Of a stretch of DNA of 54,488 nt, positions 6,561 to 14,944 are shown piece after piece (the stretch's first letter is position 1; each line of letters starts with the position of its first letter). The stretch lies in assembly GCA_964364225.1 (NCBI GenBank), contig CAYIKP010000002.1:1-54488 (forward strand), in the 5' to 3' direction. Source of the DNA: an uncultured Candidatus Saccharibacteria bacterium. Its GTDB lineage: Bacteria; Patescibacteriota; Minisyncoccia; Phycocordibacterales; Zambryskibacteraceae. A model generated the notes under the pieces. The model searched no databases, was not told where the DNA came from, and saw nothing but the letters and a program-made list of their open reading frames with translations. Made by a program: the position numbers and the translations under genes.

Positions 6561-7522
6561 TCATATCAGTAGAAAACCTGCTTGTTTCGTGGAGGGAGTT
6601 CTTGCGTGGGAAAAGAAAGCGTGCAGATGTGGCGGAATTTTCTTTGAGATTTTCAGAAAATATACTCCTTTTGTATAAGGATTTAATGGATAAAACATAT
6701 AAGCACTCCTTTTATTCAGCCTTCAACGTTTCCGACCCAAAACCTAGAAATATACACAAGGCCAGTGTTCGAGATAGGCTTCTTCATCACGCAATATATA
6801 AAGTTTTGTATCCATATTTTGATAATAGATTCATTTACGATTCCTATTCGTGTAGGAATTTCAAAGGAACACACAAGGCAATGGAGAGATTTAAACAATT
6901 TGGATATACAGTCTCAAAAAATAATACAAAAACTTGTTGGATTTTGAAGTGTGATGTTAAAAAATTCTTTGCTTCAGTCGACCAAAAAATACTCATTGAA
7001 ATTTTAAAGAGACATATTAAAGATGAAGATACAATTTGGCTTCTTGAGAAAGTAATAAACAGTTTTAACTCAGGAATAGCTGGAAAGGGTCTACCTCTTG
7101 GAAATTTGACCTCACAGCTTTTGGTAAATATCTATATGAATGAATTTGACCAATATGTTAAACATAAACTCAAAGTTAAATACTACATAAGATACGCAGA
7201 TGATTTTTTAATACTTCACCTAGATAAACAATATCTAACCGCTAATTTACGATATATAGCAAATTATCTAAATCAAGAATTAAAACTTCAATTACATCCA
7301 AACAAGGTGTTTATAAAAACCCTATCTTCAGGAATTGATTTCTTAGGTTAGGTTCACTTTCCGAATCATCGAGTTTTAAGGACATCAACCAAACGGAAAA
7401 TGATACGAGAGCTAATGGAGACAGATAACAACTCTGAAACAATGCAGTCCTATTTAGGAATGCTTAGGCATGGAAATACTCACAAGATAGAGCGCGATTT
7501 ATTCGATATGTCGAACAAATAA
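6548..7522 (+). CDS. DGR-type reverse transcriptase, interrupted by an in-frame TAG at 7349-7351
   Basis: Motifs PKPRNIHKASVRDRLLHHA, YSCRNFKGTH, LKCDVKKFF, GLPLGNLTSQLLVNIYMNEFD ((I/L)GxxxSQ) and IRYADDFLIL (YADD). GIDFLG-TAG-VHFPNHRVLR continues in frame to a TAA at 7520-7522. Confidence 0.88.
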
Positions 7523-7523
7523 G

Positions 7524-8564
7524 TTATTTTTGTTTTTCTAAAAACTCAAAGACAGAACGATTAGTGAAGATAGAGCGGACATATTCTTCTGCGCGCATTG
7601 GGTCTGCGTTAGTGTGAACTTTCATTATTTTTTCCACTTCAGATTTTATTTCTTCTGCGTTTGGTTCAAATTTTTCTTCGCGGGCGATTTTTGCCACAAT
7701 CATTTCCAGTTTTACTCTTTTTTCTGCATCGGGGCGTACATCTTTCAATATTTCTTCTTCTGTTTTTTTAATATTTCTTAAATATTCGTCCCATTTTATT
7801 CCTGCATTCCCCAGATCAAACTTAAGCCTTTCAAGAAGAGCGCGAGATTCCTCCACTACTAGCCCTTCTGGTATTTCACCATTTGTATCCGATATTAATT
7901 TTTCTGCAATTTCAGAACGTCTTTTATCTTTCACGCGCAAAGTTTTTTCCATCTTTATATTTTCACGAACATTTTCTTTAAGTTTTTCCAAACTATCAAA
8001 ATTGCCAACTTTTTTTGCAAACTCGTCATTTATTTCTGGATGTCCTTCGTTGCTGTGCCCCCCAGGACCTCCAGCTTTGCCTTCGGCATTCATTATCTGG
8101 TGTTGTAGGTTATGCAGTACAGTTTCTATTTCATCATCTTTTACGGTGTCGTCTGCTTTTTCTTCCTTTATCCCTCCTGCAATTTTTTTGTAATCAGGAA
8201 GGGTAATTTCGGGCATTGTTTCAACCTCTATTTCAAATTCCAAATCATTTTTAGGGGCGATTTTAGTAATACGAATTTTAGGTCTAGAAATAGGCATAAA
8301 TTTTTCTTCCGCAACAATTTCTGGATACGCATCTGCGATGGCTCTTTCGGCGCCCTCCTCAAGAATTGTGAGCTCTCCAACTTTTTCTACAAACATATCT
8401 CTTGGAACCTTTCCCTTTCTGAATCCCGGCAATTCTGCTTTCGTAAGCATTTCATCAAGGGCTATTTTTGATTTTTCTTCAAGGATTTTCCAATCAATAA
8501 CCGCGCTTATGGTAATGCGCATTCCGTCTTTTTTTGATGTGGCTTTTTTATATGTATTACTCAT
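7524..8564 (-). CDS. tig: trigger factor (short form)
   Basis: The N-terminal ribosome-binding motif LPGFRKGKVP is present. At 346 aa, no FKBP-type PPIase segment is apparent between the N- and C-terminal domains. Confidence 0.8.
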   Translation of the reverse strand: MSNTYKKATSKKDGMRITISAVIDWKILEEKSKIALDEMLTKAELPGFRKGKVPRDMFVEKVGELTILEEGAERAIADAYPEIVAEEKFMPISRPKIRITKIAPKNDLEFEIEVETMPEITLPDYKKIAGGIKEEKADDTVKDDEIETVLHNLQHQIMNAEGKAGGPGGHSNEGHPEINDEFAKKVGNFDSLEKLKENVRENIKMEKTLRVKDKRRSEIAEKLISDTNGEIPEGLVVEESRALLERLKFDLGNAGIKWDEYLRNIKKTEEEILKDVRPDAEKRVKLEMIVAKIAREEKFEPNAEEIKSEVEKIMKVHTNADPMRAEEYVRSIFTNRSVFEFLEKQK

Positions 8565-8600
8565 TGTCTTTAGGAGGATACTTTAGAGATATAATTTTTG

Positions 8601-8632
8601 CAACAAAAAATCCACGGCTAAGTGGATTTTTT
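8601..8632 (-). terminator. intrinsic terminator (bidirectional shape)
   Basis: aaaaaatccac-ggctaa-gtggatttttt downstream of the minus-strand CDS 8654..8926. Confidence 0.65.
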
Positions 8633-8653
8633 GTTGAGCACTACTCCAAACAA

Positions 8654-8926
8654 TTATTGAATTTGAAGTTCTGCGTCCAGAGAATTTAAGTCCGCATCTA
8701 CTGAAGTATCAGTAGAATTTAAGTCTGATTCAATAGCATTCACTTCTTGTACAGCGGCAGCATTGGTTTCTGCTGGAGTTTGATTGGCTGTTCTCTTGCC
8801 CCAGAAGTAAACACCCCCCAGAACAATTATTGCGACTATTAGAATAATTCCAATAAGTGATCCTACTGAGCCTCCTTCTGTTGGTTCGTTTTGCATCATA
8901 GCGTTGTTGTAATTAGGTGTATACAT
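8654..8926 (-). CDS. small single-pass membrane protein
   Basis: 90 aa with one hydrophobic helix (SLIGIILIVAIIVLGGVYFW) and an acidic C-terminal tail. Confidence 0.5.
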   Translation of the reverse strand: MYTPNYNNAMMQNEPTEGGSVGSLIGIILIVAIIVLGGVYFWGKRTANQTPAETNAAAVQEVNAIESDLNSTDTSVDADLNSLDAELQIQ

Positions 8927-8942
8927 TTTTAATGTCTATTAA

Positions 8943-9740
8943 TTATGGAGTTGTGGTTGTGGCTGTTGTTCCGGTTTCTGTTTTGTCTGTTGCTGGCGTA
9001 ATTATTGGCCCAAGACCTTTAACATTACCGATTGCCTTTGAAAGGTCATCTCTAGCGGCCTTCAAATTCAACCCTATTTCTTTTAGGGCTATCTTTAATT
9101 GAACTAGGCCCTCTGATAGTTTTTCTGCTGTCATGCTGTCTGTTTGGACTGCTGGTAGTTTTGCGATACCGTCTTTTGCTAACTGAATTTTTGCCTTGGC
9201 ATCAGCAATAAATCCTTCCGCTGTTGTTGTGTTTTTTTCGGCTGCTTTTAATACAGCGACTCTTTCTTCTATTCTTTTAGAAACTCCCTCAAGCTTTGAA
9301 ATGCTTTCATTCAAGCGCTCCACGGCCTTTCCAGCAATTTTTCCTAAGCGACTCTCAAGATCTTTTCTTTTTTCATCCCTTTTTTCCCCCTTTATCTTTT
9401 GAAATTCGATCTTTCTTTCTGCCTTTAGGGCCTCTATTTCGTTTTTCTTATTTTCTTTCAATGCCTCAATTTCATTTTTTTTACCCTCCCTTAGGGCATC
9501 CAATTCATTTTTCTTGGTTTCTCGTAAAACCTCAGCTTTATTTTTGGCGGACTCTCTTTCATTTTCAATGTTTTGTTTTACCGCTTCGGCACGCTCCTTA
9601 ATGAGTTGCTTTGTGTTTTCGATTGCTGTTTTTTGGGTGTTAGTAGTTGTATTTTCTTCTGCAAACACAGTAGCAGAGAACATTAGCGATAGCGCCAACC
9701 CTAATACCAATCCAGAAATATTTTTTAGTGTCCTATTCAT
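8943..9740 (-). CDS. secreted coiled-coil repeat protein
   Basis: Signal-like N-terminus (LVLGLALSLMFSATVFA), K/E-rich coiled coil and a T-rich C-terminus. Confidence 0.6.
   Translation of the reverse strand: MNRTLKNISGLVLGLALSLMFSATVFAEENTTTNTQKTAIENTKQLIKERAEAVKQNIENERESAKNKAEVLRETKKNELDALREGKKNEIEALKENKKNEIEALKAERKIEFQKIKGEKRDEKRKDLESRLGKIAGKAVERLNESISKLEGVSKRIEERVAVLKAAEKNTTTAEGFIADAKAKIQLAKDGIAKLPAVQTDSMTAEKLSEGLVQLKIALKEIGLNLKAARDDLSKAIGNVKGLGPIITPATDKTETGTTATTTTP
9417..9515 (-). repeat. three tandem ~33-nt (11-codon) repeats inside CDS 8943..9740
   Basis: The protein reads KKNELDALREG-KKNEIEALKEN-KKNEIEALKAE. Confidence 0.7.
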
Positions 9741-9823
9741 TATTTAGTTATTAATTTTTAAACCAAGCCAATCAAGGGTTTGGTAGCACTATTATATATC
9801 TCTTTCTACTTATTTTTTCAACC

Positions 9824-9857
9824 ACAAAAAAACGCCCATTTTTGGGCGTTTTTTTGT
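9824..9857 (-). terminator. intrinsic terminator (bidirectional shape)
   Basis: aaaaaaacgccc-attttt-gggcgttttttt downstream of 9880..10077. Confidence 0.65.
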
Positions 9858-9879
9858 TTTTTCTTATATGTGAAAAATT

Positions 9880-10077
9880 TTATTGAGCTACTGGTGCTGT
9901 TACTGGGGCCTCTGCAGGTGTTGCAGGGGCTGTCTCTGTAACTGCTGTGGCCGCAGCAGTGTTATCTACTGGAGCGGATGTTCCTTTTGTCCAGTTCCAG
10001 ATTGCCCAGATAACGATAATAACAACCACTGCTATAACGATATTTGTTGTTGTAGAACCTTTTTTGTTGCTAAGCAT
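9880..10077 (-). CDS. small membrane protein
   Basis: 65 aa with one TM helix (NIVIAVVVIIVIWAIWNW) and an A/T/P-rich tail. Confidence 0.45.
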   Translation of the reverse strand: MLSNKKGSTTTNIVIAVVVIIVIWAIWNWTKGTSAPVDNTAAATAVTETAPATPAEAPVTAPVAQ

Positions 10078-10170
10078 GCTTTTTAACTTTTTATTTCTTA
10101 TAAATTAGAACTAACTCTAGTATATATTTTTTTTGTTTCTCAAGCTAAGATTTTGTACACAAACCAGCCC

Positions 10171-10695
10171 TTATTTGGGGTATTTTTCAAAATATAGCCT
10201 TAATCCACCCTCAAAAACGTCTTCAGCCTCTTTTTTGCTCTTATGTCCAGAAACTACCACTACTTTTTCTTGCAAATCTTTATATGTTTCAAAAAAATGT
10301 TGTATTTCTTTTAAGGTATGTTCGTTAACGTCTTCTATGTCTTTGACGTTATTAAACCGCGGGTCTTCTTTGGGTACTGCGATTATTTTGTCATCCCTAT
10401 CTCCGTGGTCAACAATATGCATTAGGCCCACAGGACGTACCTTAACGAGTATTCCAGGTGCAAATGGATAGGTGGAAAGGATTACAACATCTACAGCGTC
10501 TCCGTCGTGCCATAGTGTCTGTGGAACAAAGCCATAATCAAACGGGTAATCTTGACCGGTGTGCATCACTCTATCCAAAGCAATTAATCCGGTTTTTTTA
10601 TCTATTTCGTATTTATTCTTAGAGCCCTTTGGAATTTCGACAATTACGTTTATTGCCTCTTTTGTTCCAGGTTCTATTTCGTGCCACAGATTCAT
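10171..10695 (-). CDS. ppa: inorganic pyrophosphatase
   Basis: 174 aa with KYEIDKKTG, DYPFDYGFVPQT, DGDAVDVV and DDKIIAV motifs. Confidence 0.92.
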   Translation of the reverse strand: MNLWHEIEPGTKEAINVIVEIPKGSKNKYEIDKKTGLIALDRVMHTGQDYPFDYGFVPQTLWHDGDAVDVVILSTYPFAPGILVKVRPVGLMHIVDHGDRDDKIIAVPKEDPRFNNVKDIEDVNEHTLKEIQHFFETYKDLQEKVVVVSGHKSKKEAEDVFEGGLRLYFEKYPK

Positions 10696-10726
10696 TTAAG
10701 TTTGGTAGTGAATAAGGAATAATGGA

Positions 10727-11971
10727 TTATGATTCGGGTTTAATTTCAGGCACTTCCTCTATAACAGGAACTTCTGATTTTTCTTCAGTTTTTATTTCTT
10801 CTACTGGAGATTCTGTAATCACTTCTGCCTTTACAGAATTAGCCTCAGCATGGGCCAATTCTTTACCTTGCATTGATTTGATATCGATTTTCCAACCAGT
10901 AAGTTTTGCCGCGAGTCTAACATTTTGACCGCCACGACCAATGGCTAAAGATTGTTGATCTTCAGAAACCTCGACTGTTGCACTTTGGTTTGCCTCATCT
11001 ACAACAACCTCCATTACTTTTGCGGGGGAGAGAGAGTCTTCAATAAATGTTTTTGGGTCTTGAGACCATTCGATAATATCTATTTTTTCTCCGCCCAATT
11101 CAGACATAACAGTGGACACGCGCACTCCACGCTGACCAACAAGAGAACCAACGGGATCTACATGAGAATCGTCGGAAAATGCCGCGATCTTTGTACGAGA
11201 ACCAGCCTCACGAGCAATTGCCTTTATCGCTACGGTTCCATTTTGTACCTCAGGAGATTCAAGTTTAAATAGTTCCTCAACAAATTTTGGATGGGCACGA
11301 GAAAGCCTCAAGAATACTCCACGAGGTGTTTCTTCCACTTTATATAAGTATGCACGCACCCTTTCGCCTTGGCTAAAATGTTCACCGGGTATTCTTTCAT
11401 CATAGGAAAGAAGTCCAGTTGCTCGTCCTAGGTCAATAAAGATGTTTCCACGCTCAATCCTTTGCACTGTTCCGGTGATAATTTGACCTTCACGTTTGCC
11501 AAATTCACCAACAACAGAAACCTTTTCTGCTTCACGAATCTTTTGCATTATTACTTGCTTTGCAGTTTGGGATGCAATGCGCCCGAAGTCTGCTTTCGCC
11601 TCTAGTGGGAAAATTATTTCGTCATCAATTTGTGCATCTTTTTTTATAAGACGCGCATCGTCTAGCATTATGTCGTGTTCGGTATTGAAGAGAACACGCA
11701 TTGATTCAGGACTATCAGTCCTTTCTATTGAAAGATCTTCCTCTGTCATAACAACACGAGTGTCATCAACCACTGTTTTTACTTGGAAAAAGTCTACTTT
11801 TCCAGAAGAAAGATCAAATTTTGCACGGATAATTTGCCCGCGCTTTCCAAATTCTTTTCTGTAAGCGGTGGCTAACGCAGCTTCTATTGCTTCAATGACC
11901 CTTTCTTTTGGAATACCTCTTGTTTCCTCAAGTTCTGCAAGTACTGAATTGATGACTTTTAGATCAAACAT
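10727..11971 (-). CDS. nusA: transcription termination/antitermination factor NusA
   Basis: N-terminal domain, S1 domain (GTVQRIERGNIFIDLG) and two KH domains (GQRGVRV, GRGGQNVRLA). Confidence 0.92.
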   Translation of the reverse strand: MFDLKVINSVLAELEETRGIPKERVIEAIEAALATAYRKEFGKRGQIIRAKFDLSSGKVDFFQVKTVVDDTRVVMTEEDLSIERTDSPESMRVLFNTEHDIMLDDARLIKKDAQIDDEIIFPLEAKADFGRIASQTAKQVIMQKIREAEKVSVVGEFGKREGQIITGTVQRIERGNIFIDLGRATGLLSYDERIPGEHFSQGERVRAYLYKVEETPRGVFLRLSRAHPKFVEELFKLESPEVQNGTVAIKAIAREAGSRTKIAAFSDDSHVDPVGSLVGQRGVRVSTVMSELGGEKIDIIEWSQDPKTFIEDSLSPAKVMEVVVDEANQSATVEVSEDQQSLAIGRGGQNVRLAAKLTGWKIDIKSMQGKELAHAEANSVKAEVITESPVEEIKTEEKSEVPVIEEVPEIKPES

Positions 11972-12126
11972 GTTGTTTATTTATTATCTTTTAACAATAA
12001 CGGCCCGCCTTTTTGAGGCGAACCGTTATCTTGTAATAGAGCAAGTCTACACCATAAAGCATTTTTTGGCAAGTTTGGCTATACAGAGCCAAACATTAAT
12101 CTAATGTTTGCTAGAATGATGTTTAG

Positions 12127-13887
12127 ATGCAATTAGACGAAAAAAAATTTAGTGAATTTGCCTTTGATTCTGGGCTAGTTTCCAAGATGGAACTTTTAAA
12201 AGCCCAAAAAGAGGCACAAAAAACGGGAACTGGCCTCGGGGAGGTTTTAATTAAGGACGGACTCATAACAGAGGATGACCTTAGACGTATAAACGCAAAC
12301 CTTTCTGGAGTACCATTTGTTGATTTAAAAAATAAAAACATAAGTTTAGAAATTTTACAGATAATCCCGGAACCAATATCAAGAAAACATAACATTATTG
12401 CTTTCGATAGAGATGAATTTTCTGTAGAAGTGGCACTTCTTCATATGGAAGATTTTTCTTCAATAGATTTTTTAGCCAAAGAATATAGACTCAAGTTTTT
12501 GCCAAGATTTACAGATAGGGAATCAATGAGAGAAGGACTTATTTCATATCAAAAGGGCCTTAAAAAAGATTTCGGAATAAAAATAGAAAAAGAGGCAGAA
12601 AAACTAGCAAAACATTTTAAATCTTTTGGAGACGATACTTCTGGCTCAGCAGACTTAAAGAAAATTGCTGAAGATAAGACAATTTCTCATCTAGTTGATT
12701 TATTTTTAAAACACGCGATATCTCAAGGCGCCGTTGATATTAATTTAGAGCCCCAAGAAGAAGAAACCCTTGTTAGGTATAGGATTGACGGTATTTTAAG
12801 AGAGGCTTTTTCGCTTCCTATAATAATTCATCCACTTATTGTTTTACGACTTAAGTTTCTAGCCGGACTAGATTTAGTAAGCAAATTACCCCAAGACGGC
12901 AGATTCAAAATGGAAACAGGGGACAGATCTTCAATAAAATCGTCTTTTAGGATTAACACTCTACCAACCTCTTTTGGAGAAAAAATGGTTTTAAGAATTA
13001 TTCAAGCGGGGGCACTTGGTTTCAATTTAGAAACACTAGGATTTTATGGTGATGGCCTTGAGGATTTGCACAGAGGCCTAAGGTCTCATTCGGGGCTCAT
13101 AGTTTCTTGTGGTTCTTCACAAACAGGAAAAACAACCACTTTATATACAATTCTTGATGTCTTAAATAAACCAAGCGTTTCTATTTCAACCATTGAGTCT
13201 CCAGTTGAATATCCAATGAGAAGAATTAATCAAACTGAAGTAAAAGAAGATCTAGGATTAACTTTTGTTGCCGGATTAAGGGCCATTCTTAAACAGGATC
13301 CAGATGTAGTGATGGTTGGAAATATTGAAAACAATGAAACCCTCAAACTTTCTATAAATGCATCCGCCTCTGGGAAATTAGTTCTCGTATCCATAAATAC
13401 AAGGACTCCAGATGAAGCGATAGAAAAAATTTTGAATATGGGAGTTGATTCCTTTTCTCTTGCTTCTTCACTCAAACTTTTAATAGGGCATTTTTTGGTA
13501 AAACATTTAAGTGAAGACAAGCAAGAGTATGTTCTTTCAGAAAAAGAGATATCTAAACTAAATAGAGTGGTCGACACTGAAAAAGTTTTAGAGAGGCTTA
13601 AATCAGAAAAAATAATTCCAAAAAATACTTCTTTGGAGAATCTAAAGTTTTTTAAACCTTCGGATGAAACAAAGGAGAATGCCTATACTGGCTTTACTGG
13701 GGTTTTTGAGGTCTTAAATGTTTCCGAGACAATTAAGGAGCTTATTCTTAAGGGCGGATCTCCCGAAGAAATAAGAAGTCAGGCTTTAAAAAATGGAATG
13801 TTTTCTTTTGCTGAAGACGCTTTATTTAAGGCCGTGCAAGGCCTTACCACAATTGAAGAGGTATTTAGGGCGTCATCCGAGATATAA
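12127..13887 (+). CDS. PilB/GspE-family type IV pilus / type II secretion ATPase homologue with degenerate catalytic boxes
   Basis: T2SSE N-terminal domain and Walker A GSSQTGKT. The Asp-box reads IESPVE, Walker B reads DPDVVMVGNIEN (usual GEIRD) and the His-box region reads SGKLVLVSINT (usual TGHLVLSTLHT). Confidence 0.8.
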   Translation: MQLDEKKFSEFAFDSGLVSKMELLKAQKEAQKTGTGLGEVLIKDGLITEDDLRRINANLSGVPFVDLKNKNISLEILQIIPEPISRKHNIIAFDRDEFSVEVALLHMEDFSSIDFLAKEYRLKFLPRFTDRESMREGLISYQKGLKKDFGIKIEKEAEKLAKHFKSFGDDTSGSADLKKIAEDKTISHLVDLFLKHAISQGAVDINLEPQEEETLVRYRIDGILREAFSLPIIIHPLIVLRLKFLAGLDLVSKLPQDGRFKMETGDRSSIKSSFRINTLPTSFGEKMVLRIIQAGALGFNLETLGFYGDGLEDLHRGLRSHSGLIVSCGSSQTGKTTTLYTILDVLNKPSVSISTIESPVEYPMRRINQTEVKEDLGLTFVAGLRAILKQDPDVVMVGNIENNETLKLSINASASGKLVLVSINTRTPDEAIEKILNMGVDSFSLASSLKLLIGHFLVKHLSEDKQEYVLSEKEISKLNRVVDTEKVLERLKSEKIIPKNTSLENLKFFKPSDETKENAYTGFTGVFEVLNVSETIKELILKGGSPEEIRSQALKNGMFSFAEDALFKAVQGLTTIEEVFRASSEI

Positions 13888-13894
13888 TCCTTTT

Positions 13895-14659
13895 ATGGCT
13901 TTTATTTTTGCTGGTAACTGGAAAATGAACCCCTCGTCTGCAAATGACGCAAAGAATTTATTTAATTCTTATAAAAAGATTTCTAAAAAGTTTATAAGGC
14001 GTGGGGTATCTGTGATTTTTGCTCCAGCCACCCCCCATATTGGTCTATTTTTTGGAACTAAATTTCCCAAAAATTTAAAAATGTCGGCCCAAGATACTTC
14101 TATAGAAAGCCAAGGCGCTTTCACGGGACGTATAAGTCCAGTACAGGTTTTTGGTTTGGGTGTTGATTACGTAATCCTTGGGCATTCAGAACAAAGAGAG
14201 TTTGGCGATACTAGTACGCTTATTTCACATAAAATTAAAAGCGCTTTAAAAGCAAAATTAAAACCAATTGTGTGTATAGGAGAGTTAAAGAGGGAACTTG
14301 ATGGAGAGTTTTGGCATGAACTTAAAAATCAAATAGAGGAAACAGTTTTTGGATTAACAAATAAAGACATAACAAACATTATTATTGCCTATGAGCCAGT
14401 ATGGGCCGTAGGGGAAACCTCAAGTGGCCCAATGAGCCCAGAGGACTTACACGAAACAGTTTTGTTTATAAGAAAAGTTTTTTCTAATTTATTTGGTGGA
14501 AAAATAAGTAAAAATTTACTAATTCTTTATGGTGGTTCAGTATTTTCCCACAATGCTAATGATTTATTTAGAATAGGAAATGTTTCTGGGTTTTTGGTTG
14601 GGCGTGAAAGTTTGAATAAGATTGAAGTAGAAAAAATTATCCAAGCGGCGCTTGGATAA
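13895..14659 (+). CDS. tpiA: triosephosphate isomerase
   Basis: MAFIFAGNWKMN start, ILGHSEQR, IAYEPVWAVGT-like and GGS motifs. The track ORF start at 13793 overlaps the upstream gene and is not conserved. Confidence 0.9.
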   Translation: MAFIFAGNWKMNPSSANDAKNLFNSYKKISKKFIRRGVSVIFAPATPHIGLFFGTKFPKNLKMSAQDTSIESQGAFTGRISPVQVFGLGVDYVILGHSEQREFGDTSTLISHKIKSALKAKLKPIVCIGELKRELDGEFWHELKNQIEETVFGLTNKDITNIIIAYEPVWAVGETSSGPMSPEDLHETVLFIRKVFSNLFGGKISKNLLILYGGSVFSHNANDLFRIGNVSGFLVGRESLNKIEVEKIIQAALG

Positions 14660-14671
14660 AATGAATCCCGT

Positions 14672-14944
14672 ATGAAATTACTTATGTTTTATACATACGT
14701 ATTACAGAGTAAAAGAGATGGAAAATATTACACTGGCTCCACAAGCAATTTACGGAAGCGCTTATGGGAGCATCAGAACGGAAAATCTTTGTATACAAAG
14801 GGTAGAGGACCATATAAACTTGTTTATTATGAAGCATGTGTTGATGAAAAAGATGCTAGGTCGAGGGAAACTTACCTTAAGTCAGGCACAGGTAAGCGTT
14901 ATTTGGCTTCGAGACTAAAGCGCTTCCTATTTCATTCGGGATGA
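14672..14944 (+). CDS. stand-alone GIY-YIG nuclease-domain protein
   Basis: FYTYVLQSKRDGKYYTGSTSNLRKRLWEHQNG...YYE...A..RE..LK. The stop overlaps the pgk ATG (ATGA). Confidence 0.8.
   Translation: MKLLMFYTYVLQSKRDGKYYTGSTSNLRKRLWEHQNGKSLYTKGRGPYKLVYYEACVDEKDARSRETYLKSGTGKRYLASRLKRFLFHSG

Larger units (their letters stand above)
5077..7522 (+). mobile_element. diversity-generating retroelement (target/VR, TR, Avd-like, RT)
   Basis: A VR/TR pair with adenine-specific differences, a DGR-type RT and an Avd-like ORF lie within 2.5 kb. See the component features. Confidence 0.88.

Noticed and set aside
7349-7351. Genome-wide reassignment of TAG to a sense codon as the explanation for the in-frame stop in the RT.
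   Set aside because: TAG is the terminator of rpsL, fusA, rplJ, rplC and rplD at positions where the proteins end as expected. No suppressor tRNA is visible in this window.
13793-13894. Upstream extensions of track ORFs, such as tpiA from 13793. Others are rplC from 34095, rpsN from 41366, recJ from 16404 and the MBL gene from 22970.
   Set aside because: The extensions overlap upstream genes or intergenic structures. They precede the point where conserved N-terminal sequence and a plausible start codon occur.
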